64,000 nt of DNA, taken from Candidatus Saccharimonadia bacterium (GTDB lineage: Bacteria > Patescibacteriota > Saccharimonadia > UBA4664). Where the stretch lies: contig DASXHH010000019.1 of the NCBI GenBank assembly GCA_036488585.1, forward strand, positions 5,030-69,029. Reading direction: 5' to 3'. Position numbers and translations under genes: made by a program. The notes beneath the pieces were generated by a model. The model ran no database searches, was not told where the DNA came from, and was given only the letters and a program-made list of their open reading frames with translations. Shown piece after piece: positions 28,304-36,923 of the stretch (position 1 is its first letter; each line of letters opens with the position of its first letter).

Positions 28304-29365
28304 CTAGTGCACCTTATTACCAAGCAATGCTAGTACCAGTCCCACGGCACCCACGACCTGGCCGATCACCCACAATCGCATAGTCACCTTGGTTTCTGGC
28401 CAACCCTTCGCCTCCAGATGATGGTGCAACGGCGCCGACAGGAAAATCTTGCGATGGAAGATCCGCTTAGACAGGATCTGCAGCGCGCTCGAACCCGCCT
28501 CCACCACAAATACGGCCGCGATTATAGGCAACACGAACACAGTGTTAGTGAGCATCGCGATCACACCCAGCGTGGTTCCAAACGCAAACGCTCCCGTATC
28601 GCCCATAAAGAACCGAGCCGGGTAGATGCTAAACCAGGTATAGGTCAAAAATGCACCCACAATGGCCGCGCAAAATCCCGAGATACCGTAATTTCCCTGA
28701 AAATACGCCACCACCGCGTACACCCCAAACGCCGTCGCCAGCAAGCCACCCGCCAGTCCGTCCAAACCATCTGTAATGTTCACCGCGTTGGCCGTCGACA
28801 CCACCACCAGGATAAACAGCGGCACGTACAGCCAGCCAATGCTGAAGTCACCTACTGCCGGCACGTGGATCATGTTGTAGCCCAGCTTCAGGTAAAAATA
28901 CAGCGCCCCGATCACTGCAATCCCAAAGATCAGCGAGAACTTTATCTTGGCCCGCATGCCAGCCACGCCCAGCGCCGAGCCCGTCGCCTTCACGTTCAAG
29001 TAGTCGTCAAACAAACCCACCGCCCCGGCCGCCACCAGAATAAACAGCGGCAGGTACGTTTGGTTACGTGACAGGTTAAAGAGCAACGTAATCACCGCCA
29101 CCGCCACCACAAACACTACTCCACCCATGGTCGGAATATTCCGCTTATGCTTAGCGGCATGCAGCTTCATATATATCGGAGCCTTCTCGCCCGTCAGTGC
29201 GTTTGTGCTCGGCTGCTTCCACAGCTTATATTTAAATCCAGCCCGCGTGTACAACGGCACCAACGCCATCGACAGCACAAAAGCCCCAAACGCCATCGAC
29301 CCAATCCTTGATAGCGATGTAATTTCCTGGGCGTGGATGAAGTTGATAGTTGGGAAGAGTGCCAT
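28304..29365 (-). CDS. mraY: Phospho-N-acetylmuramoyl-pentapeptide transferase
   Basis: PTMGG, NITDGLDGL, FMGDTG, APLHHHLE. Confidence 0.96.
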   Translation of the reverse strand: MALFPTINFIHAQEITSLSRIGSMAFGAFVLSMALVPLYTRAGFKYKLWKQPSTNALTGEKAPIYMKLHAAKHKRNIPTMGGVVFVVAVAVITLLFNLSRNQTYLPLFILVAAGAVGLFDDYLNVKATGSALGVAGMRAKIKFSLIFGIAVIGALYFYLKLGYNMIHVPAVGDFSIGWLYVPLFILVVVSTANAVNITDGLDGLAGGLLATAFGVYAVVAYFQGNYGISGFCAAIVGAFLTYTWFSIYPARFFMGDTGAFAFGTTLGVIAMLTNTVFVLPIIAAVFVVEAGSSALQILSKRIFHRKIFLSAPLHHHLEAKGWPETKVTMRLWVIGQVVGAVGLVLALLGNKVH

Positions 29366-29457
29366 AATTTGCTCGTGTTATTTTACCATATCTGAAGCCG
29401 AATTTTCAGATATGAAAGCATAGCCGGATTGAGTAAATCGGTAGAAAATAATGCCGA

Positions 29458-31227
29458 TCATAGGCTGGGTGGAATCCCGTAGTACTTAAACAGCCACTTG
29501 CAAACATCTCCAAACACCGGTACGGTCGTGTATTCGGCGAACCCACACGAGGCGCTATCGCACTGGATCGACGGCTGGTCTATCCGCACCATCACCACGA
29601 ACTTGGGATTGTCAGCCGGCGCATACCCAATAAACGAGCCAATATTGGCGTTCGGCAAATAGCCGGTGCCGTCGGGCTTCGGGATCTCGGCCGTTCCGGT
29701 CTTACCGGCAATCTTGTAACCCGGGTTCATGTTACCGGCTATAAATCCGGAGCCGTGCTGCACCACCACCTGCAACATCTGATTCAGGTTGCTAATAGCC
29801 TGGGGCGACATAATGTGATCGCTTAGCAGCTTCGGCTTCACCGACTGAGTGCTACCATCGGCGGCCATCACCGCGTCCACCAGGTGCGGCTGATACAACT
29901 TGCCGCCGTTGGCAATGGCCGCCATAGCCTCAGCCATCTGCGCCATCGTCACGCTTATGCCCTGACCAAACGTCATGTTCGCATAGGTGACGTCGTTGGT
30001 GCTTGGCTGAGGCACGAACCCAGCCGCCTCATTGGCCTGCTCAATGCCAGTTCGCACCCCAAACCCAAAGTGCTTGGTGAAATAGTCAAACAGTGTCTTC
30101 TTGCCAGCCAGCGTAATCTTGGACGTGTTGTCGCCCAACATCCTCAGCACAAACATCACGCCGGTGTTTAGGGAGTCGCGCAACACCACCGTCATAGTTT
30201 TATTGTTGCCGGCTTTGTCGCCCGCAGCATCGCACACCTTAGTACCCTCGATGTCATCACATAGATGATCATCGTAGGTAGTATCGGGCGTTACCTTGCC
30301 CTGGTCCAAACCGGCCGCCATCGTAAATACCTTCATGCCCGATCCCGGTTCAAACTGGCTCGACGTCACCCGATTCATAAACACGCTGTAGTCCGTCACA
30401 TCGCTATAGCGATTCGGATCATACGACGGATAGTTAGCCATGGCCTTCACCGCCCCATTCGACGGGTCGAGAATGATAATGCTGCCAGACTTCGCCTTCA
30501 CCTTTTGCACCTGCGCCGCCAGCTCTTGCTCGGCCATCGCCTGGATATTGCGATCAAGCGTCAGCACATAGCTGGTGCCATCCACCGGCTGCTTGTCCAC
30601 GTTATCGGCCGTCGCGATCGGAATGCCGTGCGTGTCGGTCTTAGCTGCCAGCTGCCCCGGCGTTCCGGCCAGTTGATTGTCCAAATAGCCCTCAATTCCG
30701 TACTGCCCCACCCCATCGGCGTTCACAAACCCAATCGCCTGAGCCGCCAGCGATCCTTCTGGATAGGTGCGGTAATCGCGGTCCACCAGGCCAATGCCCG
30801 GCAATTTCAGCGCTGACACCTTGGCTGCCACGGCCTTCGGCAGCCGATCAGCCAACACGGCGTATTCAATGCCGTGATTCAGCCGATTCTCATAGTCAGC
30901 CGCCGAACCACCCGTTACGGCTGCCAACTTTTGGGCCACTTCGTGCTTGTCGCCCACATAGCGAGGATCGGCATACATGAGCTCGAGCGTTTCGTTGAGA
31001 GCGATGGATGATGTACCGTCTCCATCATGCACATATAGCTCACCGCGCCTGGCCGGAATCGAATACTTCCGGGTATGCTCACTCGAGGCCTGGGCAGAGT
31101 AGCGGCCGTGCTGGATTACCTGCAAATCCACCATCCGCACTAACAATACCGCACCGCAAAAAACCAGTACTCCCGTAAAGTACCCTAGCCTCCTGCGCTG
31201 CTCTATTGTGTCGCTCGCCCTCGCCAT
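29458..31227 (-). CDS. ftsI: Class B penicillin-binding protein (division)
   Basis: PARRG, EPGSGMK (SxxK), SLN, KTGT; follows ftsL. Confidence 0.92.
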   Translation of the reverse strand: MARASDTIEQRRRLGYFTGVLVFCGAVLLVRMVDLQVIQHGRYSAQASSEHTRKYSIPARRGELYVHDGDGTSSIALNETLELMYADPRYVGDKHEVAQKLAAVTGGSAADYENRLNHGIEYAVLADRLPKAVAAKVSALKLPGIGLVDRDYRTYPEGSLAAQAIGFVNADGVGQYGIEGYLDNQLAGTPGQLAAKTDTHGIPIATADNVDKQPVDGTSYVLTLDRNIQAMAEQELAAQVQKVKAKSGSIIILDPSNGAVKAMANYPSYDPNRYSDVTDYSVFMNRVTSSQFEPGSGMKVFTMAAGLDQGKVTPDTTYDDHLCDDIEGTKVCDAAGDKAGNNKTMTVVLRDSLNTGVMFVLRMLGDNTSKITLAGKKTLFDYFTKHFGFGVRTGIEQANEAAGFVPQPSTNDVTYANMTFGQGISVTMAQMAEAMAAIANGGKLYQPHLVDAVMAADGSTQSVKPKLLSDHIMSPQAISNLNQMLQVVVQHGSGFIAGNMNPGYKIAGKTGTAEIPKPDGTGYLPNANIGSFIGYAPADNPKFVVMVRIDQPSIQCDSASCGFAEYTTVPVFGDVCKWLFKYYGIPPSL

Positions 31228-31266
31228 AATGCCCTCATCCTATCTTATCTGAAGCGTTGGCGCGAT

Positions 31267-31587
31267 TTACTTGGCGTACGAAACTTGAGTTGTCGGCACC
31301 ATCCCAGCCGTGTCAGCCGAGCCCTTAATCGAGCTAATCGCCTGCAACCGTCCGGCCTCCACTGCCATATCCCGCTTATCCGCCAGTACCTGGTCACGCT
31401 GAGTGGTAAGGTCGGTAATTTTATACGTAAATGCCCCAGTCTTCGTGATCTGGTTCAAATACAACAGCGCTAGTACGCTAATAAGTGCAATCACTACAAA
31501 CGTAGCGGATGTCGGCCCCAACTGAAGTTTTGTGGGCTGACGATAAAGATTTTGATTACGGCGCGCCGTAATTACAGCGGTGGACAT
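31267..31587 (-). CDS. ftsL: FtsL-like cell division protein
   Basis: Small TM + coiled-coil protein between rsmH and ftsI. Confidence 0.72.
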   Translation of the reverse strand: MSTAVITARRNQNLYRQPTKLQLGPTSATFVVIALISVLALLYLNQITKTGAFTYKITDLTTQRDQVLADKRDMAVEAGRLQAISSIKGSADTAGMVPTTQVSYAK

Positions 31588-31727
31588 AGCGCGAGTTCCT
31601 AACTTTTGTTTTTATGTTTTGTCGTTTTTGAGTTTTTGGTTGGTGATTTTAACCCTTCACCTGGGGTACGGACCAACCGGAATCTGGGGCCGGGCCATAA
31701 AAAAGCCCGGCCCCATTCGAGACCCGG

Positions 31728-31790
31728 TTATTTCTTAACGCGAACCTTAACGGTCACGCGGCGCGAGCGCCCTTCGACTTTGATGGACAT
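31728..31790 (-). CDS. Unannotated 20-aa basic peptide MSIKVEGRSRRVTVKVRVKK
   Basis: ATG abuts the rsmH stop (TAAATG), with a strong AGGAGG SD inside the rsmH 3' end. Confidence 0.55.
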   Translation of the reverse strand: MSIKVEGRSRRVTVKVRVKK

Positions 31791-32720
31791 TTAGTCCCTC
31801 CTTTTGTTTTTGTTTATTTTTTCGGCGGCGCGGAGCTTAGCACTCCTGGCACGCGGGTTGATAGCAATTTCGTCCGAATCAGCCGTAACCGGCTTACTTG
31901 TAATTTTAAACACACTAGCCACATGTCCGCAAGTGCAAACTGGTTGCTTCGGCGGGCATATGCAGTCACGCGATTCGGTATCAAAGAACTGTTTAACAAT
32001 GCGGTCTTCCAGCGAATGGAAGCTAATCACGGCTAATCGCCCACCTGGCGCTAAAATTTTTGTTAGCACCGGCAGCGCGTCCGCCAGTTGGGTCAGCTCC
32101 GAGTTGACCTCAACCCGTATGGCCTGGAAAGTCCGGGTCGCAGGATCGATGTCTCCACCGCCAAGCGCTGCTTTTCGCACCACCTGGGCTAATTTGGCCG
32201 TGGTAGTAATTGGGCGCATAGCGATAATCGCTTTGGCGACCGCCCGGGCCTTCGGCTCCTCGCCATATTCCCGGATAATCCGCTCCAGCTCAGGCATACT
32301 CGACCGGTTTACAACCATTTCGGCTGTTACCGGCTGAGATTGATCCATGCGCATGTCGAGCGGCGCGTCGGCCTTAAAGCTAAAGCCTCGGTCCGCATTG
32401 TCAAATTGTGGTGACGATACTCCCAAATCCAGCAGAATCATATCCACTAGCCTGCCGTCTTCGAACAGCCGGTTGGCCGCTTCCAGATAGCTGCAGTGCA
32501 TAATCTCCGCCGCATCCCCAAACCGATCGGCTAAGGCCTGCGTAGCATGGGCGTCCCGGTCTACCAAGATGGCGCTGCCATCCGGACCGATCCGCTCCAT
32601 AATTGCCACCGCATGACCGCCGTACCCGGCTGTCCCATCCATATACGACTCACCCTTCCGGGGGTTGAGTACCCGGACCACCTGGGGCAATAGTACTGGT
32701 TGGTGTGGAGTTTTTGGCAT
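31791..32720 (-). CDS. rsmH: 16S rRNA m4C1402 methyltransferase
   Basis: HQPVL, DGTAGYGGH, DLGVSSPQ, RGFSF, SFHSLEDR, NPRARSAKLR. ATG 32720 chosen as start. Confidence 0.97.
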   Translation of the reverse strand: MPKTPHQPVLLPQVVRVLNPRKGESYMDGTAGYGGHAVAIMERIGPDGSAILVDRDAHATQALADRFGDAAEIMHCSYLEAANRLFEDGRLVDMILLDLGVSSPQFDNADRGFSFKADAPLDMRMDQSQPVTAEMVVNRSSMPELERIIREYGEEPKARAVAKAIIAMRPITTTAKLAQVVRKAALGGGDIDPATRTFQAIRVEVNSELTQLADALPVLTKILAPGGRLAVISFHSLEDRIVKQFFDTESRDCICPPKQPVCTCGHVASVFKITSKPVTADSDEIAINPRARSAKLRAAEKINKNKRRD

Positions 32721-32732
32721 TTTCAAGGTCAC

Positions 32733-32942
32733 CTATTCAGCAGTCAGCTTTTTGTTTGAACGTTTTGGTTTTTGTCCGCGCGAAGCGGAAATTGGAGTTT
32801 TGTGGTGGTAAGGAATCGTTGTTCGAGATTGAACAATAATTCCTTAAAAAGAGTGTGTGTTGTGAGGTGGAGTTTACGATAGAGGTTCGAGGCCATTTCG
32901 AGGACGGCGACCTATAGTACCGTTTTGCTGACTGCCAAATAG
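32733..32942 (-). ncRNA. Candidate structured cis-regulatory RNA between mraZ and rsmH
   Basis: 16-bp long-range helix (32927-32942 with 32733-32748, 2 G-U pairs on the minus strand) enclosing further hairpins. Confidence 0.5.
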
Positions 32943-33004
32943 CTGCCTTTAAAATGTTTGTTTTTACTTTTGAAGGTTCTTTCTTTTTGGTAAGGAAAAC
33001 GAAA

Positions 33005-33358
33005 TTATTTCGCAGTCAGCCGCCAGTATTTGCCGGCTCGCACTGCCATCACCTCCTTTTTTATTCCTGCGTAGTCCAGGAGGTGCTGCTCGATGGTAAT
33101 CCGACCCTGCTTGGCATCCATGCCAGTAGTCGTCTTGCCCATCCGGAACTGAACGTTAAGATCGGCCGTGCGCTCATCTAGAATATCGCCTTTGAGCGCT
33201 ACTTCCATCTCTTCGTTCCAAACTTTTTCAGTGTACAGATGCAGGTAGTTTGCAAAACCCCGCGTTATGATCATCCTTCCTCCCTCGAACTCGTGACGCA
33301 ATTCCGCTGGCACTGTGAGCCGGTTCTTGTCGTCTAGTTTTCGTTCGAAGAAGTCCAA
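33005..33358 (-). CDS. mraZ: Transcriptional regulator MraZ
   Basis: LDDKNRLTVP and DAKQGRITI repeats; heads the dcw cluster. Confidence 0.93.
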   Translation of the reverse strand: MDFFERKLDDKNRLTVPAELRHEFEGGRMIITRGFANYLHLYTEKVWNEEMEVALKGDILDERTADLNVQFRMGKTTTGMDAKQGRITIEQHLLDYAGIKKEVMAVRAGKYWRLTAK

Positions 33359-33384
33359 TTTGTGATCCTACCGTGGTGAGTGCT

Positions 33385-33438
33385 ACCCACTGCAACCCAC
33401 TGCAACCAGTATATGACCCACTACTACCCACTGTCCAG
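33385..33438 (-). promoter_or_regulatory. dcw promoter with four MraZ boxes
   Basis: AGTGGGT (minus strand) at 33385, 33395, 33416 and 33426, in 10-bp-spaced pairs flanking -10 TATACT; -35-like TGGACA. Confidence 0.8.
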
Positions 33439-33445
33439 TTTAAAG

Positions 33446-33454
33446 TTATCCACA
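33446..33454 (+). promoter_or_regulatory. Perfect DnaA box upstream of mraZ
   Basis: TTATCCACA. Confidence 0.65.
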
Positions 33455-33459
33455 AACAG

Positions 33460-33490
33460 AGTAAGACCCCGCATGTAGCGGGGTCTTACT
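33460..33490. terminator. Hairpin/terminator between the surface-protein gene and mraZ
   Basis: AGTAAGACCCCGC / GCGGGGTCTTACT perfect 13-bp stem. Confidence 0.75.
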
Positions 33491-33551
33491 GATTGGTCGC
33501 AAACCGCAACCGGCGTCAATTACACGTTACGGGCCCGCAGGCCCGCCCGTG

Positions 33552-34364
33552 TTACTGGCGATCGCGCTTGCGCAAGGCACCTAGCAGCGACTTCTTGCTG
33601 CGTAGATAGGCTCGGCCAGCGTAAGTGATGCCGGCCAAACCAGCTGCACCACCCAGGGCGGTCGCGGGACCAGTCTGAACCAGCGTCGGCGTCGTCTCGC
33701 TCAGCACTTGCGGCGTCTGTGTCGGAACCACCTCGTGCTCTTCGGGCGTAGCCGACGGCAGCGGTGTAGCGGTTTCGGTCGGGATAGGCGTTAGCGTGGG
33801 CGTAGCCGACGGAGTCGGAGACGGGGACGGCTTGCTCATCGGGGTCGCCTTCACCGCGTTACCGCAGGACTTCATCACGGCAAATTGGAACTGGCCGTTC
33901 TTCATCACCACAAACGCACTGAGCGAATTGTCCAGGAACGACACGCTAGGCTTACGAGCGAAGAAAGTTGTACCTCCCCAAGATTCCTGAGTGCTACCGG
34001 CAATGTTCTGGCGGCCTCCAGTAACTGCACCGGTCGCCACCAATTGGTTTCCTACAAACACATCACCCGACTTTGTAACCGTACCGTTCTGTGCGTCTGA
34101 ACTCATACCATTAATCGCCCCACTGGTAATACCGAACCACGCGTAAATATGCTGAATGCTAGAGGCACTGTTATGACCATCACCGTGAGCATACCGGCTT
34201 TGCAGGGTCGAAACCGTAGTTGCCCCACACCAAATCACGGCGTTAGCGTCACAATTTTGACTTTCGGCTGCTGATGCCGACATTGGCAGCATCAAACCCA
34301 TCACAATCGCGGCGGCACCTGCCAGACGGCTGATCTTTTGACTCATGTCTCTCATATTCAACAT
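33552..34364 (-). CDS. Secreted surface protein with PT-rich linker and LPxTG-like C-terminal sorting signal
   Basis: Signal peptide (ASA-AE), Cys-containing domain, P/T/S repeats, LVQTG + hydrophobic stretch + basic tail. Confidence 0.8.
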   Translation of the reverse strand: MLNMRDMSQKISRLAGAAAIVMGLMLPMSASAAESQNCDANAVIWCGATTVSTLQSRYAHGDGHNSASSIQHIYAWFGITSGAINGMSSDAQNGTVTKSGDVFVGNQLVATGAVTGGRQNIAGSTQESWGGTTFFARKPSVSFLDNSLSAFVVMKNGQFQFAVMKSCGNAVKATPMSKPSPSPTPSATPTLTPIPTETATPLPSATPEEHEVVPTQTPQVLSETTPTLVQTGPATALGGAAGLAGITYAGRAYLRSKKSLLGALRKRDRQ

Positions 34365-34562
34365 TCTCGTGCTCCCTGTGCATATTTATAATGCAAAAAT
34401 CCATCACTCAAATATGCCTTCAGTATGAGGTATTTACCCTTTGCTGCAAGCATATGCGTAAACTGCCAAGCAGGACTCTGCCGGCGATGCATGGGCGGCA
34501 TACATCAACCGACAGAGTCCTGCTCGTAAGTTACGCTAATATATCAGAAAAGTCGAAAATAG

Positions 34563-35846
34563 TCAACCCGCCAGTGGCTTCAACTCCCGCTGGTACCCTT
34601 CGGCCACCCTCTCGTCCACCGGACCCAGAAAGCTTAATCCCTGCCGACCAGCATCCACCATCTTGCGCGCCACCGCCACCACCTCATCCGGCCGCACCCC
34701 GCGCATAAGCTCCATGGTACGATCAAAGTCCCGGATTTCGCCTGCCTCATCGTACGGTTCCAGATACCAACCGAGCAGATCGCCTGGCGTCTGAGTGGAG
34801 CGCTTAATCGACCCCACCAACAAATCCTTGGCCGCATCCAGCTCGACGTCGCCCAAATCCCCTTTCCGCACCTCATCAAACCCCCGCCCTATCACCTCAA
34901 ACAGGGTGTCTGCATTTCCTGGCGTCACATAGCCTAGAAAGCCAAACGAGCTATTGCCGGGCTCTGCGTGACCAGCCCCACTCACCGCGTAGGCCAGCCC
35001 CCGCCGCCGAGCCTCACCCAAAATTCGCGAACCCATGCCCCCCACCAGCACTAGCCGAAGCAGCGTCATGGCCCGTCGCTCCGCCTCAGTCAACTCGCCA
35101 AAATACATCACTGCCCGGTAATACAGTTGCTTAATGTCGCGATGCGCCACTACCGGATGCTTCAATCCCAAGCCGATCTCCCGACTGCGATCCATTCGCT
35201 CGCCCTTCGGCATCTGCTGAAATATCCGGTCCAGCCGCCGCACCACTGCCTCTCCCCCATCGCTAAAGTTGCCGGCCACAAAAAACCGCGCATTGCCACT
35301 CGAATGCGTGCGCTCATAATGTTTCCGCACGTGATCAACCGTTATCTTGGGTAGCTGTCCGATTCGCTCATCATAATTCAGCCATAAATGTGGAAAAGCC
35401 TGCTCCGCCAGCTGCACCGAGCAAACTGTGGAGTGGTTGGTGGTATTGCGCGTTAGCTCCTCTCGCACGTTGCCGATCTCGGCCGCGAGCGGCTTTTCGG
35501 TAAACAAAGGCGCCGTCAGCTGCTCCTCCATCAAATCCAATATCCGCATCAGCTCAAAGTCCGCACATTCGTACACGTATCCGTTAATATCCACGCTGGT
35601 GTGCGCATTCACGTACGCCCCATTCTTTTGCGCCTCAATGAAAAACTCGTTCGGCCCCGGATGCTTCTGGGTAACTGTCGAAAGCAAGTGCTCCATTACG
35701 TGCGGTACCTCGTACACCTTGCGGTCGGCAAACTGGAAGCCCGAATTAAACCGCACCTGCAGGCTTACCACATCACTGCCCGGCACATTCACCAACAACC
35801 CCGATCCTCCACCCGTCACGTGATGCTCGGTCACACCATGCTTCAT
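34563..35846 (-). CDS. M16 (insulinase/pitrilysin) family peptidase
   Basis: HVMEH (HxxEH), NAHTS, GMGSRILGEARRRGLAY. ATG 35846 chosen behind GGAGG. Confidence 0.9.
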   Translation of the reverse strand: MKHGVTEHHVTGGGSGLLVNVPGSDVVSLQVRFNSGFQFADRKVYEVPHVMEHLLSTVTQKHPGPNEFFIEAQKNGAYVNAHTSVDINGYVYECADFELMRILDLMEEQLTAPLFTEKPLAAEIGNVREELTRNTTNHSTVCSVQLAEQAFPHLWLNYDERIGQLPKITVDHVRKHYERTHSSGNARFFVAGNFSDGGEAVVRRLDRIFQQMPKGERMDRSREIGLGLKHPVVAHRDIKQLYYRAVMYFGELTEAERRAMTLLRLVLVGGMGSRILGEARRRGLAYAVSGAGHAEPGNSSFGFLGYVTPGNADTLFEVIGRGFDEVRKGDLGDVELDAAKDLLVGSIKRSTQTPGDLLGWYLEPYDEAGEIRDFDRTMELMRGVRPDEVVAVARKMVDAGRQGLSFLGPVDERVAEGYQRELKPLAG

Positions 35847-35865
35847 ACTGTTGCCTCCGTTTAGG

Positions 35866-36921
35866 TTATGCCAGGGCCAACACTTGCGCCTTATACTTAT
35901 CACCCCGGTCTTTCCAGTCCCGAAACCCATCCGTCGCCGGACAGCCGGGAGACAACAATACTACATCGCCAGGCTGGGCCAATGCCCGGGCAGAAACCAC
36001 AATTTCTGCCATGGTCCGCGGCCCCATAATTGCTCTCTTAAACCCTGCCTTTTCCAGTGCTACCTGTAGCTTGCCAGCCGCCTCCCCCATAAGCACCGCA
36101 AACCGCACATTGCTGCCGGCCACTTCCAGGGCCAGCTCACCATAATCCACCGGTCGGTCCGCACCACCTAGTACCACTACCTTTGGTGGGCCATACGACC
36201 TCAACGCAGCCGCCGCCGACTCCGGAATTACCGAGCTCGAATCATTCACGTACCATATGCGATCCGCTTCTCTCACCATTTCCAATCGGTGCGGCAGACC
36301 TCGAAAATTCTGCACGGCTCGCTGTACCGCCGACGCATTTTGGCCGGTAAGATCCCAAGCCGCCGTTACAGCGGCGCAAATGTTGGCCAGAGTATGCTCA
36401 CCCGGCACGACCAAATCGCTTACGGAGCAAATATCGACGTCCCCAATCGCCAATCGCCCGTGGTTCACTCGCGCACCCGGAGCTTGTAGATACGGCGTGT
36501 GCCGACCCGGTGATAACTGCCCGATCTGCGCCGAAAACTCGTTTCGCGCATTAAACACCGCCACGTCATCGACTTGCTGACGCCAAAAAATGTTGCCCTG
36601 CGCCGCCACGGCTTCACGCAGGTTGCGGTGCGAATCGTGATAACCCGGCATCAGCTCCACACACACCGCAATATGTGGGCTTGTGTCCGCATCTAACAAA
36701 TCATCGCTAGATAGCTCCAACACTACCAAATGGCTGGCTCGCACCTTATCCACAAAATCCATCGGTGAGCGGCCCGTGTCGCCGAAGGTCCAGGTGCGCC
36801 AACCAGCCTCACCTAAAATCTGCGCAATCAACGCGCAAGTCGTGCTCTTGCCCTTCGTCCCGGTCACCCCGATCACGCGGGCCGGACAGCGGTCCATAAA
36901 CTCCCTCACCGCTTGAGACAT
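35866..36921 (-). CDS. MurD-like Mur-ligase paralog lacking the N-terminal domain
   Basis: GVTGTKGKSTT, LELSS, GLPHRLE, VLLSPG, RGDKY; starts about 14 aa before the P-loop strand. Confidence 0.82.
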   Translation of the reverse strand: MSQAVREFMDRCPARVIGVTGTKGKSTTCALIAQILGEAGWRTWTFGDTGRSPMDFVDKVRASHLVVLELSSDDLLDADTSPHIAVCVELMPGYHDSHRNLREAVAAQGNIFWRQQVDDVAVFNARNEFSAQIGQLSPGRHTPYLQAPGARVNHGRLAIGDVDICSVSDLVVPGEHTLANICAAVTAAWDLTGQNASAVQRAVQNFRGLPHRLEMVREADRIWYVNDSSSVIPESAAAALRSYGPPKVVVLGGADRPVDYGELALEVAGSNVRFAVLMGEAAGKLQVALEKAGFKRAIMGPRTMAEIVVSARALAQPGDVVLLSPGCPATDGFRDWKDRGDKYKAQVLALA

Positions 36922-36923
36922 TG

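Noticed and set aside
33385-33432. Short direct repeats as a CRISPR array or iterons
   Set aside because: The 7-bp units at 10-bp spacing in front of mraZ match known MraZ operators; there are no spacers or cas genes.
33770-33835. Low-complexity repeats in the surface protein gene
   Set aside because: An ordinary Pro/Thr/Ser linker with degenerate codons, not a DNA-level repeat.
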